DNA from: a virus
Virus record (IMG/VR): IMGVR_UViG_3300017792_000017
Location: 32,001-96,000 of that record
Strand: one strand, 5' to 3'
DNA length: 64,000 nucleotides
Made by a program: the position numbers and the translations under genes
Notes under the pieces: generated by a model
Seen by the model: the letters and a program-made list of their open reading frames with translations, nothing else
Told to the model about the DNA's origin: nothing
The model's database searches: none
Shown: piece after piece, positions 9,502-19,312 of the stretch
Layout: the number at the start of each line of letters is the position of its first letter
How positions within the stretch are numbered: the stretch's first letter is position 1

Positions 9502-10755
9502 TTAATAACCGATTGCCATCCAAGAATACTGTCCAGTTAGCGTGGAGTTATTTCTTAGTGTAAATGTAGCGTTGTTAATTGCTTGCCAACCTCCACTAAA
9601 CGGAACTGTACCGTTTGCAGAAGACTGAGATGTAATCATTACTTGTAGAATGTTTGCAGGCATGGCTACAGGAAGGGTTACAGTTATACTTGTTCCTGTT
9701 GTTATGGAAGCTGTTGTACCCCACTGCATTATCATTCCACTTGGAAGTCTTTGAAGGCCATTGGTGAGTAGGGAAGATGAACCGCCACCACCTACAAGAT
9801 TCCAACTACCTCCATCTGAAATACATTCTACTGATACTCCTGTTTGCAGCACAAAAGTGGTTGAACCTGCACCTGAAGCCCAAGGTTGTGAGAAATTAGA
9901 CGTTGAAGTCAAGGTTACCGGGAACGGAGAGGTATTAACCATCAAATAAGAAACTCCGGATACAATTCCAAAAGCTGTAACGTTAGGAACAGTTACCGTA
10001 ATGGGTCCAGTAGCTCCGAAAAAGGATATAAAGCTACCTACTTGAGCTGTTGTAAGAGTTTGAGTAGTATTAACGTTAACTACACCAGATCTATTGCCCA
10101 GAGCCCTCTGAACAAAAAATGAGTTTACATTTTGATTATTATTGGTAAACTGTGCAGGGGCAACGCTTGTAACCGCACCCTCTACAAGAACAAGCTTATC
10201 CAACGTTTGATTATAACGAAGTGTAATCTCAGAACCAGCTACCCAATCGTTTCCAAACAATGCAATTGCAGCGCTATTGAAAACAATAGTCTTCGCTGGA
10301 AGTCCGTTAATAGCAATAGTAGGCGTAGTCGAAGCATTAGCTGCAACTGCACGAACCTTAATTTCCATGCCATCCAGATACGCTGCAAAAGTAGGAACTG
10401 TAGTTACGACTTGAGCGTTGCCCGTACCGGTTGCGATACCATAGAAGTTACCAGCAAGGTTATCTACTTGCTGCTTCGTGTAAATGTTTGATACTTGTAC
10501 TTGTGAACGTGAGATAACTTCAACAATATCCCCGTTAGCGAATGCTCCAGAAGCAAGTACAATGTTTGCTCCGTCAGTGCCGGTAAACTCAGAAAAAGGG
10601 TCGAGTTTAGCCCCGTTGTAGAAAACGTCAACGTTGCCTGGAGAATACGGAGCTGAAAATGTAGTTTGACCAGCAGTTGCAGTAAGCCGAGTACGAAGCT
10701 CTTGCTCTCTGTAGTCTGCCGGTGGTACACCGAAATATTCTAAATCGACTGCCAT
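9502..10755 (-). CDS. Tail fibre protein
   Basis: ATAGQTTF/VFYNGAKL module; FVQRALGN; GLQRLPSGMIMQWG C-terminal domain. Confidence 0.8.
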   Translation of the reverse strand: MAVDLEYFGVPPADYREQELRTRLTATAGQTTFSAPYSPGNVDVFYNGAKLDPFSEFTGTDGANIVLASGAFANGDIVEVISRSQVQVSNIYTKQQVDNLAGNFYGIATGTGNAQVVTTVPTFAAYLDGMEIKVRAVAANASTTPTIAINGLPAKTIVFNSAAIALFGNDWVAGSEITLRYNQTLDKLVLVEGAVTSVAPAQFTNNNQNVNSFFVQRALGNRSGVVNVNTTQTLTTAQVGSFISFFGATGPITVTVPNVTAFGIVSGVSYLMVNTSPFPVTLTSTSNFSQPWASGAGSTTFVLQTGVSVECISDGGSWNLVGGGGSSSLLTNGLQRLPSGMIMQWGTTASITTGTSITVTLPVAMPANILQVMITSQSSANGTVPFSGGWQAINNATFTLRNNSTLTGQYSWMAIGY

Positions 10756-10763
10756 TGTTTACC

Positions 10764-11093
10764 TTATGAAAGTTCTAGTACGCTAAGACTTACACCAATC
10801 ATTGCTGCTGTATCAGCAGTAGCATATAGTGACTCGCCAGCGTTCATTACAATTTTAGGTGACTTGGAAGCACTACCGTACGGAATAGGAACACTATTTA
10901 GTTCATAGTTGAACGTAACACCATCATATTTGAACAGTGTCAAATAGTGCATTAGCTTATTGGTTGCATCCAGGTTGGGGAATGTACCGCTGAATACAAT
11001 AGCTGTAGTACCAGCTGGGACTGGCCCATAAATAAGCGTGTTTGAAGTGCCTAGTGTAAGACCGTTTGTAGAGTGTTTAAAATTCTGTGCCAT
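10764..11093 (-). CDS. Virion structural protein
   Basis: 109 aa, IYGPVPAGTTAIV...KIVMNAGESL; tail cluster. Confidence 0.55.
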   Translation of the reverse strand: MAQNFKHSTNGLTLGTSNTLIYGPVPAGTTAIVFSGTFPNLDATNKLMHYLTLFKYDGVTFNYELNSVPIPYGSASKSPKIVMNAGESLYATADTAAMIGVSLSVLELS

Positions 11094-11097
11094 TTAA

Positions 11098-11874
11098 TTA
11101 AGAACCAAGAAGGATTGCGTAGATAAGACCATTATTTGCAGCGATGTTCAGTGCGTTCAAATTAGAAACTTCACTTTGATAGACTTGGTAGCTATCAGAT
11201 GCAGCAGGTGCAAATGGAAGAGCCGTAGCCCAGTTTATAGTGTTGCCTGAAATCGAAGTAATAGCCCTGACCAAGCCTTTATTCTGACCAGTCATGAACT
11301 GAATAATGTACTTTCCTGCAAACGGTAGAGGTATAATAGTTGCGGCGTTCGTAACTGAAATTGAAATAGTAGTTCCAACGCCTGCTAGAGTACCTGAAGT
11401 AAGAACGGTAGGGTAATTCGTAAAACTCCATACACCGCTTGCACTTCCTGAATATGCTAGTATGTAGTTACCACCGTCATCAGTACTCTGAGTGACGTAG
11501 CTGTTCGAGTCAGAAGCTCCGGGAGCTGACAAGGAGTCAAGGTTAGTGATAGGTGCAACACGGTCTTGGAGACGTGCAAACGACTCGTAAGTACCGGCAG
11601 TTGCACGGTTTTCAATACGAGTACCGGCCTGGTATGTGCCTGCTACCCCTTCAAAACCACGAACGCAGTTAATAAAGCTATTTCCGCTTACGCCATTTAC
11701 CTGAATAACTTCTTGAGTTGATCCGGTATCGATGGTTGCTAAGAAGTGTTGACCAGCAGTAGGCTGTGGAAACAGCGAAGCATTCGCTACTTGAATTGTT
11801 GTGTCGCCAGGCTGAACTGAAGACGCAAGAGTCGTCTTAGCGTTGTTGGCGTATAATCTTGTGCTTGTGGTCAT
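11098..11874 (-). CDS. Tail fibre/baseplate attachment protein
   Basis: YANNAKTTLAS...RGFEG...AGTRIENR module common in tail proteins. Confidence 0.6.
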   Translation of the reverse strand: MTTSTRLYANNAKTTLASSVQPGDTTIQVANASLFPQPTAGQHFLATIDTGSTQEVIQVNGVSGNSFINCVRGFEGVAGTYQAGTRIENRATAGTYESFARLQDRVAPITNLDSLSAPGASDSNSYVTQSTDDGGNYILAYSGSASGVWSFTNYPTVLTSGTLAGVGTTISISVTNAATIIPLPFAGKYIIQFMTGQNKGLVRAITSISGNTINWATALPFAPAASDSYQVYQSEVSNLNALNIAANNGLIYAILLGS

Positions 11875-11876
11875 AT

Positions 11877-12248
11877 TTAGGCAATAGTAATAACTTTAGT
11901 CGTGGTAGCAGCCAGTTTCATAGCGGCGCTTAGGTTTGTTACGCCTTGTGTAATCGCTGCGATAACAGAGGCTGAATCATCGTTGACGCTCAGTGTAATT
12001 TTAGCCTGATTGAACCTGACGAATGCATTTCCGAACTTAGGAATAGCAGTTCCCGTGAAAATCTGAAAACGTGTCATTTCCTCGACATTAGCTACGCCGT
12101 AGTAATCTCCAAGCGCATTCGTTCCAGTGTTTTTATACAGGAAAATATTTTGTGGCAAGAAACCATTGGGAAGAATAAGAGCGGTGACAGTAATTTTATC
12201 ACCTTCTAGTTGAGTGGTTACTTGGAGTTGCGAAGTAGTCGTTGGCAT
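11877..12248 (-). CDS. Hypothetical structural protein
   Basis: 123 aa, tightly packed in the baseplate operon. Confidence 0.5.
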   Translation of the reverse strand: MPTTTSQLQVTTQLEGDKITVTALILPNGFLPQNIFLYKNTGTNALGDYYGVANVEEMTRFQIFTGTAIPKFGNAFVRFNQAKITLSVNDDSASVIAAITQGVTNLSAAMKLAATTTKVITIA

Positions 12249-12251
12249 AGC

Positions 12252-12764
12252 TTAAGACATCTGGATGGTCCACTCGAAGTGGATTGAGAACTCGCTAGTC
12301 TTCGGGATGCCAGGAAATGTCTTGATATTAAACATCGTTGCACTGGCCTTATACAGACCTGCTTCTGTGATCAACTGACCGTTAGCAGTGCCTTGGTCAA
12401 CGTCCGCAATGAACGTAACTGAAGGTGCAGCATTGTTAATGGTAAACGATGTAGCAACGTCAAGAAGCGGAGTGAATAGCGAAGACATAGCTTGACTGAT
12501 AGGCTTCGGAAATAGACCTTGTGGGTCGATACATCCACCAGTGCCGATCTTCAGATTAATGATTGGATCAGACAACTGATTAGCTACGTACAGGCTACTC
12601 AGAAGAACTTGCTTAGCCGTGAGCACGATAAGATTTTTCTTTTCAAAAGCCAGTTCTTTACGGCCATCAGGATACCACTTCTCTACTCTTAAAACGCCTT
12701 CAAGCGGAATAAGATTGACCATCTTGAGAAAGCGTTTAACGAAGCGATTAATAAGGTCTTTCAT
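12252..12764 (-). CDS. Baseplate/tail-collar protein
   Basis: NLIV...KIGTGG...ITEAGLY...KTSEFSIHFEWTI. Confidence 0.6.
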   Translation of the reverse strand: MKDLINRFVKRFLKMVNLIPLEGVLRVEKWYPDGRKELAFEKKNLIVLTAKQVLLSSLYVANQLSDPIINLKIGTGGCIDPQGLFPKPISQAMSSLFTPLLDVATSFTINNAAPSVTFIADVDQGTANGQLITEAGLYKASATMFNIKTFPGIPKTSEFSIHFEWTIQMS

Positions 12765-12766
12765 GT

Positions 12767-14968
12767 TTAGCTGAGTTCTTGTGCATGGGTGATAACTGTA
12801 CCACCTCTGGTAATTGTAACTGACGAGTTGTATTTGTCCGAATAAGTGTTCGGAGTTATAGAGTTATTATAGCCGGATTCTTCATTAATCGCAGTGCCGT
12901 CAATACTAGAATCACCAGTATAGTTAAGGTCTGCGCCGCGCAAAGTATAATGCGGAGTTCCAATTGCTTGGTGTCCACGAGTCAACGGCATATCGTAACT
13001 AATAACAGCTCTATCCATTTCTTCTACTGGGAAGTACTGAGGAGATTCAATCGAAGCATTCTCTGTGACCCAATAAATTCCAACTGTATCTTCTAGAATA
13101 CGAACACCCATCAAATAGTCTGCTAATCCAACGTCTGCCGGAGTAGGTGCATACGTTGCTTGCATTCCAAGATCAGGAATCAATGCTCCCAGATAACCTA
13201 CGTTTGTGCCACGGAAAAACAAAGTGTTAAAAAACGTTACAAGCGGGTTTATTGTAAAAGACGATCCGCTATCATTAATCGCCGCCACGTTAATTGCAAG
13301 GCCAGAATTAGAAGGGTTGAAAATGGAAAACACCCACTGACCAGTAGGCGGAACGTCTGTGCCTACAGATAAGCATTTAGCAGCAATGTCGTATTGCTTG
13401 GTAATGTAAAGCGGAACAACCTTCATACCGGCAGGGATGTCGTACCAAGTTACGGCTTTGCCATTAGCAACTGTCAAGTCACCACGACTACGGTTGAACG
13501 CTACTTTGTCACGGCGAATCTGAGTCTGGTCATGTCCACGTTGGAACATAGCAGTAAGCCAAGATGTTTCCTGCGTTGTATTTGCACGGAACTGAGCCTG
13601 AGGGTTGATAAACCCTGATAGTGAACCGCCGTTTACAGTAGTCTGATTTCCGTTTATAAGCTCGTCAGTACCTAGAATCTTTGTGACCCACATTGGTACG
13701 TTAGAGCGAATGAACGTAGGGCAACCACGCTTAATAGGGTCGTCAGTATTATCCCTGCGCATACGAGCGATAGGATATTGAATCTTTTCACAACGGCTAG
13801 GATCAACACGGTACGTAGACAGATCATCGCTTAGAGTAAGCTCTTCTGTCATCGCAGTAATAGACCAAACGTAAATCGGCTGAGTGTACGTAGGTTTTAC
13901 TTTGTTAATAATGTCCGATAACTGCTGGAACGTTTGAATATTTTTAAACGAGTCTACCTTCACGTTTACTAGAAACGTGTGTTTCTTTAGGTAGTTGCGC
14001 ATTAGATAGTCGAAGTGACTACCTTCAGTTGCAAATCTATCCTTCTGACCAGCCGGTAGTTCAGGAATGATTGAAGCTGGAATCTGTAAATTAAGCCACC
14101 ACTCTCCATCACTCAGGTAATCCTGAATCTCAACCCATTGAGCTAACTCTTGACCTGTAACGATGCTGTCGCCAGGAACAACGTTAGGAACAACACCAAA
14201 AGGAATTAGATATTGGTTCTGGTCAGTAATAACGATGTACTGGTCAGTCTCAAGATAGTTACGAACATCAAGAACAGTCTCATTTGCACGAGCCAAAGGC
14301 ATGCCAAGAACAAGGTTTAATCCCTTGCGAACTAAATCAAGAGTAGGGCCATTAACGTATACGTAGTATAGGCCGTAAACGAAGTTGTAGAATGCATCAG
14401 TTGAACTCTCAGGATCAACGCCAATCAAATCACCGAACATCGTTGAGATAAGGTTTTCATCGATTGTTGCATCTACGAACCACATTGCATACTGACGAAC
14501 GCCATTGACATCTGTGTTAGATGAAAAGCCCTTATCTGAAATGTCAGCAGCAAAGCGAACATTCATAGTTCCGTCAAGTGCTGTTTCTAGATGATAGTCA
14601 ACGTCTTCCTCAAGAATTACCGTGGGAAGAAATGGACGGTTAGCAATGTATCGACTTGAGGTAATTGCCTTGCCGACCTTGTACGTGTTTACTTGGCCTT
14701 GCACTGCGTTGGATGCAGGAAGAATAACAAGCTCAATAGATGAGCCAATAGTTTCCTGAATCGTTGCAAGGCTAATTGACGAGGTAAGCTGCAAGAACTT
14801 GCTGTAAGTTTCTGCAGCCCCTTCTGTGCCAGCTTCAAGGATAAGGTTCATACGGTCTGTATCCTCGAACAGAACCGTGAAGAAATCTGAAATACCATAT
14901 AGGTACGTCATATTCGTTAGGTTCTGCCCGATGTTCAGGCCGTTTTCAGTGAAGTTAGCACGAGTCAT
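12767..14968 (-). CDS. Baseplate wedge subunit (putative)
   Basis: 733 aa following the J-like gene; GPTLDLVRKGLN and IINKVKPTYT resemble gpI/gp7-type wedge motifs. Confidence 0.55.
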   Translation of the reverse strand: MTRANFTENGLNIGQNLTNMTYLYGISDFFTVLFEDTDRMNLILEAGTEGAAETYSKFLQLTSSISLATIQETIGSSIELVILPASNAVQGQVNTYKVGKAITSSRYIANRPFLPTVILEEDVDYHLETALDGTMNVRFAADISDKGFSSNTDVNGVRQYAMWFVDATIDENLISTMFGDLIGVDPESSTDAFYNFVYGLYYVYVNGPTLDLVRKGLNLVLGMPLARANETVLDVRNYLETDQYIVITDQNQYLIPFGVVPNVVPGDSIVTGQELAQWVEIQDYLSDGEWWLNLQIPASIIPELPAGQKDRFATEGSHFDYLMRNYLKKHTFLVNVKVDSFKNIQTFQQLSDIINKVKPTYTQPIYVWSITAMTEELTLSDDLSTYRVDPSRCEKIQYPIARMRRDNTDDPIKRGCPTFIRSNVPMWVTKILGTDELINGNQTTVNGGSLSGFINPQAQFRANTTQETSWLTAMFQRGHDQTQIRRDKVAFNRSRGDLTVANGKAVTWYDIPAGMKVVPLYITKQYDIAAKCLSVGTDVPPTGQWVFSIFNPSNSGLAINVAAINDSGSSFTINPLVTFFNTLFFRGTNVGYLGALIPDLGMQATYAPTPADVGLADYLMGVRILEDTVGIYWVTENASIESPQYFPVEEMDRAVISYDMPLTRGHQAIGTPHYTLRGADLNYTGDSSIDGTAINEESGYNNSITPNTYSDKYNSSVTITRGGTVITHAQELS

Positions 14969-14970
14969 AG

Positions 14971-17367
14971 TTAAACTGTTTGGTTATTCGTTGTTACAGT
15001 GTTCAGTATAAAGATGTTAGTTCTATCTGCTGGATCTAGATAGTCAGTGATCATACCTGTGGTTGCAGGAATTAAGTCACGAGTGTAATGAGTATAAGCT
15101 ACGCCAAGCGGAGTCTTGATATTCGTAATACCGGCTAGTGAAAGCTGAGCCATAAGATCTGAAAGAATCAAGGTATCACCTGGATTCATATTACTGAAGA
15201 AATTCTTTGTAGTTTCAGTAATTACGGTCGCATCTGGGGACACGCCATTATAGCCAGTTACTGACAGATCGATCAAGTAGAAGTTAAATCCACGAGCAAG
15301 CAAATCTCCACACAGTACACGGTTTGTTGAGTTCTCTAGATATGACTGTACGCTATCAACGTTATCAAAGAAGCTGATTTGGAAACTTGCTGTTTGATTA
15401 GCATAGAGTGAACCAAAGCTTACAACCAAGTCTTGACGGGAGCTAAAACCATAATCGAACCAAGGAATAACAGAATCACATACTGCATTTGAACCAGGAC
15501 TTCCGATAGTTACTGGAACTGTGAATTGGAACTGATCTTTATTAAGAGCGTTAGTTACTAGCCATGTGCCGTTGTAATCGGATGGAGTTGCACCACGAAT
15601 TGTCACATAGCGGTTCTCAGTAATTCCGTGGTTAGGAATTGTTACGGTAACAGTAGTACCTGTGCAAGTAAGCGCAGTAATAGCTTGGCTTTGCGTATTT
15701 TTGTTTTTAAAGGTAAATGGTACAGCATAGTTAATAACGATGTTGTTAGTGACGGTAGCATTTGTCCAAAGGCCAGGCATTACAATGTCAAACGCATTTG
15801 CACTTAGCACGTTTACAGAAAACTGTCCTGCAAGTGACGGGTTGGCAATAAGCATTGATGAGCCAGAACCGGGCGTTGCAATGTTAAATGCTACGATGTA
15901 GTTGAAAGTATTAGCATCAACTACGTTAATTGGGAACGTACCATTGTACTGAGTTGGCGTTACACCTTGAATGGTTACAGACGTACCACTTGTCAGGCCG
16001 TGGTTAGCAGAAACTACAGTTACAGTAATTGCTGAGCATGAAATAGAAGTAATAGGCAACGTCTCAACAAGACCTGACACTGTAACCATTTGGCCAGTTG
16101 ATAGTCCGTGACTAGTTGAAGCCACGTGAACAAGGCCTAGGTTAGCTGCAACCGTCGTGCTTGAAGCAGAGATCGTAGCTAGGAAAGGAATAGTATCGTC
16201 TGAGCTTCCACCGCTTACTGAGCTACGTGTGAAGTTGTAGATTGCACCAGTCAAGTCAGCATCACCGAAGTCATCTGTTGTAACTTGTACGATTGATGTA
16301 GCAATGGTGTTGCCACAGTATACGTCAACCATGCCTCCGTTATGGATAAGTAACGGTGAGTTCACAGCCTGAACCGTAGGAAGGACGGTCACGTTAGTTG
16401 CAGCAGTAGCCATCTGATACGTGAAGTGTGAAGAATCAATTACGGTAATCGTATACGAACCGTTGTACGTAGTTGGAGCACCGCCTGCAATCGTTACAGT
16501 TTGTCCCGAGTTGTAGCCGTGATTAGCCAAAGTAGCAGTCGCAGTAGTACCTGAGCTGGTAAGCTGGGTAATGAGCTGTGCTAGCTGACCTGTGAATACA
16601 GCCTGAATCTGATCTCGAATCATTTCAGAATCTCCCATACCGATTGAAACGATTTTATCCAGAAAGTTAAAGGTATTCTGCAGGTTTGAACTGATTGATG
16701 GATCGTTAATCAGATTACGTGTAGAAATAGCGTTCTGAGCACGTGTAATAAACTCTTCGTTAGTCTCTGATGATACTGAAGTATCCTTCAGGAAGTTAAT
16801 TTCTGCGTGAAGGAAGTACGGATCAAAGTTAGAGAAGTAAAGCAGTGAGCCTGAACCGATGTTGTACTGTGTTCCTTCTGCTTCTGCAACTAGGTCAACG
16901 TCAACATAGTATTCGTTTTGGAAAGCATCATATGTAAGCGTGCCTGAGCTGAATGTAACTGCAGCCTGAGGGAAGAACTTAGAGATGTTATCGGTTGAGA
17001 AAAAGATATCAGTCGTTAGAGATACGTTCTTTTGCTTGGCAAAGAATAGACGTGCGCTAATAACAGCACGAGTACCAAGGTTACGGTTAATAAACCAGTT
17101 TGAAAGAATGTTATCAACGATGCTCGTAGGAGTAGTATCATTTACCCCAGCAATAGTGTTCTGAGCAAAGTAGTAATCGATACCAAGACGAACCAGTGCC
17201 AGTAGCATAGCAGATGGTCGCAGAACCATATCACGAAGCCCTGTACCTTCTCGGAGGTCTAGGTCTGGATATTGTGCTTCAAGGATTTGCTTGGCTAGAA
17301 GCTCGGCTTCAAGAATATCTTGCGCTGAGGGTTGAAGGCCGGGTAAAACAGAATAGAAATTTGCCAT
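14971..17367 (-). CDS. Baseplate J/gp6-like wedge protein with inserted beta repeats
   Basis: DLREGTGLRD, VAEAEGTQYNI, ETNEEFITR motifs; HG..G..V.I.G repeats. Confidence 0.75.
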   Translation of the reverse strand: MANFYSVLPGLQPSAQDILEAELLAKQILEAQYPDLDLREGTGLRDMVLRPSAMLLALVRLGIDYYFAQNTIAGVNDTTPTSIVDNILSNWFINRNLGTRAVISARLFFAKQKNVSLTTDIFFSTDNISKFFPQAAVTFSSGTLTYDAFQNEYYVDVDLVAEAEGTQYNIGSGSLLYFSNFDPYFLHAEINFLKDTSVSSETNEEFITRAQNAISTRNLINDPSISSNLQNTFNFLDKIVSIGMGDSEMIRDQIQAVFTGQLAQLITQLTSSGTTATATLANHGYNSGQTVTIAGGAPTTYNGSYTITVIDSSHFTYQMATAATNVTVLPTVQAVNSPLLIHNGGMVDVYCGNTIATSIVQVTTDDFGDADLTGAIYNFTRSSVSGGSSDDTIPFLATISASSTTVAANLGLVHVASTSHGLSTGQMVTVSGLVETLPITSISCSAITVTVVSANHGLTSGTSVTIQGVTPTQYNGTFPINVVDANTFNYIVAFNIATPGSGSSMLIANPSLAGQFSVNVLSANAFDIVMPGLWTNATVTNNIVINYAVPFTFKNKNTQSQAITALTCTGTTVTVTIPNHGITENRYVTIRGATPSDYNGTWLVTNALNKDQFQFTVPVTIGSPGSNAVCDSVIPWFDYGFSSRQDLVVSFGSLYANQTASFQISFFDNVDSVQSYLENSTNRVLCGDLLARGFNFYLIDLSVTGYNGVSPDATVITETTKNFFSNMNPGDTLILSDLMAQLSLAGITNIKTPLGVAYTHYTRDLIPATTGMITDYLDPADRTNIFILNTVTTNNQTV

Positions 17368-17430
17368 AGTTATAGGTCAGTACGTTACTTGTAGTAGTTT
17401 AATCCTTCTACATGCAACGCACCAGCCCTA

Positions 17431-17964
17431 TTACTTAGACATTTGATCTGAAAGAGGAAGATCCAATTGTGGGAACGGTACGGCGATAGAAGCCATAGCT
17501 CCGGCATTGGTCAGAATACGCAGATAGATTACAATTGATTCTTTGGTTACGTCAATACCGAGCATTTGCACAGTCTTTAATTGACTTGCAACGTCAGAAT
17601 CGGTGGTATTCATAATGTACTGACACTGACCTTGCGCATCGGTAATCTGCTCAGTTAGATCAGCGATCAAAGTAGTGTCAGTATCTTCAACACGATTTGC
17701 ATTAATTACGAAGTCTGAGAAGAACGTACCCTGAGCCGGGATGATAACATTGCTACCTTTACGAGTAAAGAGAAGCTTCAGGAACATCTGAGCTACTTTC
17801 TGGAGACCTGTTACTTTACGCGGAGTATCAGCAATTTCGAATATAAGTTGGCTCTGTGGGAAGCCACCTGGAAACGAAATAAATAGCAAGTCATAAGTCC
17901 CGCCTTGTGGCAGGTTGGAGGTCGTTCCAATACGCTGATTGAAGTTGAAGTTTAAACCAGCCAT
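17431..17964 (-). CDS. gp25-like baseplate wedge protein
   Basis: VTGLQKVAQMFLKLLFTRKGS...P..GT; sits just upstream of the J-like gene. Confidence 0.6.
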   Translation of the reverse strand: MAGLNFNFNQRIGTTSNLPQGGTYDLLFISFPGGFPQSQLIFEIADTPRKVTGLQKVAQMFLKLLFTRKGSNVIIPAQGTFFSDFVINANRVEDTDTTLIADLTEQITDAQGQCQYIMNTTDSDVASQLKTVQMLGIDVTKESIVIYLRILTNAGAMASIAVPFPQLDLPLSDQMSK

Positions 17965-18356
17965 TACATTGTACCTCCAGGTGTTACGATGCCGCTTAGC
18001 GTACTTACAGTAGAAGTTTTAAGCGTAGCGTAGTAATTAGATTCGTCAGTAGCTTCACCTTGGCCATCACCATAGTATTGAGCCTTGTTCTTTGTGCGAA
18101 GTGCAAACTCACGCAGAATAGAGGTGATATGATGAATACTCTCGATAGCAGCACCGTTTGGATAATTGGAACTGCCTGATTGAGCCATAGCTGTTACTCG
18201 GTGAAGCTCTGAAAAATCAATCGTACCAACATAATCGTTGAAATCCGGACAAGCGCCTCCACTGCCAAGATAGGTAGTCATGTCAGAAAAGTATTTAGCC
18301 AAGCTATTGTAGATATTTTGTGCTTGGCCTACTGCCGAATTAGCGTCGATTGCCAT
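17964..18356 (-). CDS. Hypothetical protein
   Basis: 130 aa, 1-nt overlaps with both neighbours. Confidence 0.55.
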   Translation of the reverse strand: MAIDANSAVGQAQNIYNSLAKYFSDMTTYLGSGGACPDFNDYVGTIDFSELHRVTAMAQSGSSNYPNGAAIESIHHITSILREFALRTKNKAQYYGDGQGEATDESNYYATLKTSTVSTLSGIVTPGGTM

Positions 18357-19069
18357 TATAGTCCGATTTCTCGTTTGGTTTTTTCGATTTTGTTAATCAA
18401 CTGTTTCTTGATGTAATTGTAGCGATTGATGTTCACACCTAGCTTTTCTGCGATCTTCGGCGCGGGCATTTCTTTAACGTTATCGAAAATAAATTTTTCA
18501 TCAGAAGATAGCTGACTCATGAGATAAGCCATAAGCTCAGCATTCTCGTTGTACTGAGTGAATTCTGCTGGTTTGTCTGACGCTGATTCAACCAAGTCCG
18601 AGTAAAGAGAGTTCTTGTACTTGATAACTTGAGGCTTTGACCAACCCAACGCTTTAGCAAGTTCTTCTTCAGTAGGATCACGATTAAGCTGATCTGCTAG
18701 CTCCTGATTTGCAGAGTTCCAATCTCTGTACAAGAGTTGCATATTCTCGGGAAGACGCACTGCATTTTGATACTTGTAATTAAGACGGCGTACGCGCTGA
18801 AGATAATTCGTAACGTGAGTAGAGAGCTGTGTACCCTTTGCAGGGTCGTAGCTGTGAATAGCTTTAATAGCCCACTTCTTAGCTTCCGCACTTAAAGCAG
18901 CACTAGGCAAGCTACCTGATTGACGATTCACTTCTTGGTAAATAACGCCGCTAAGCTGATTAACTAGAGCGCCAAGATGAGTTTTACTCCCAGTCTTTTT
19001 CCACTGGTCGTATAGCTCTTGGTCTTTTGATCGATAATCGATCCATGCGGGCTTTTCTGTTTCTTCCAT
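18356..19069 (-). CDS. Phage sigma-70-family sigma factor
   Basis: AIHSYDPAKGTQLSTHV (region 2), VRLPE, QLNRDPTEEELAKALG (region 3), C-terminal HTH. Confidence 0.8.
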   Translation of the reverse strand: MEETEKPAWIDYRSKDQELYDQWKKTGSKTHLGALVNQLSGVIYQEVNRQSGSLPSAALSAEAKKWAIKAIHSYDPAKGTQLSTHVTNYLQRVRRLNYKYQNAVRLPENMQLLYRDWNSANQELADQLNRDPTEEELAKALGWSKPQVIKYKNSLYSDLVESASDKPAEFTQYNENAELMAYLMSQLSSDEKFIFDNVKEMPAPKIAEKLGVNINRYNYIKKQLINKIEKTKREIGL

Positions 19070-19296
19070 TATAGATAAACGCTGTAGTTAGAGTAAACGC
19101 TGTTAACGTAACCAATCATATAGGCCTGAAGCCTAGCAGAGAACTTCTGATAGACAAAGCAGTCGTCAGCCCATGAGGTGTCTGACAACATACCTGATTG
19201 GTAAATGTTAGTCGGGATATTAACGCTTCTAGGCAGCCCGCCTTTAACTTCTCCAAGGGCTGCGAATCCGTCTGTGATAGTTGATGCGATTGACAT
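19069..19296 (-). CDS. Hypothetical protein
   Basis: 75 aa; TAAAATA 5 nt upstream; coupled to the sigma gene. Confidence 0.5.
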   Translation of the reverse strand: MSIASTITDGFAALGEVKGGLPRSVNIPTNIYQSGMLSDTSWADDCFVYQKFSARLQAYMIGYVNSVYSNYSVYL

Positions 19297-19312
19297 AGTG
19301 TTATTTTACTCC

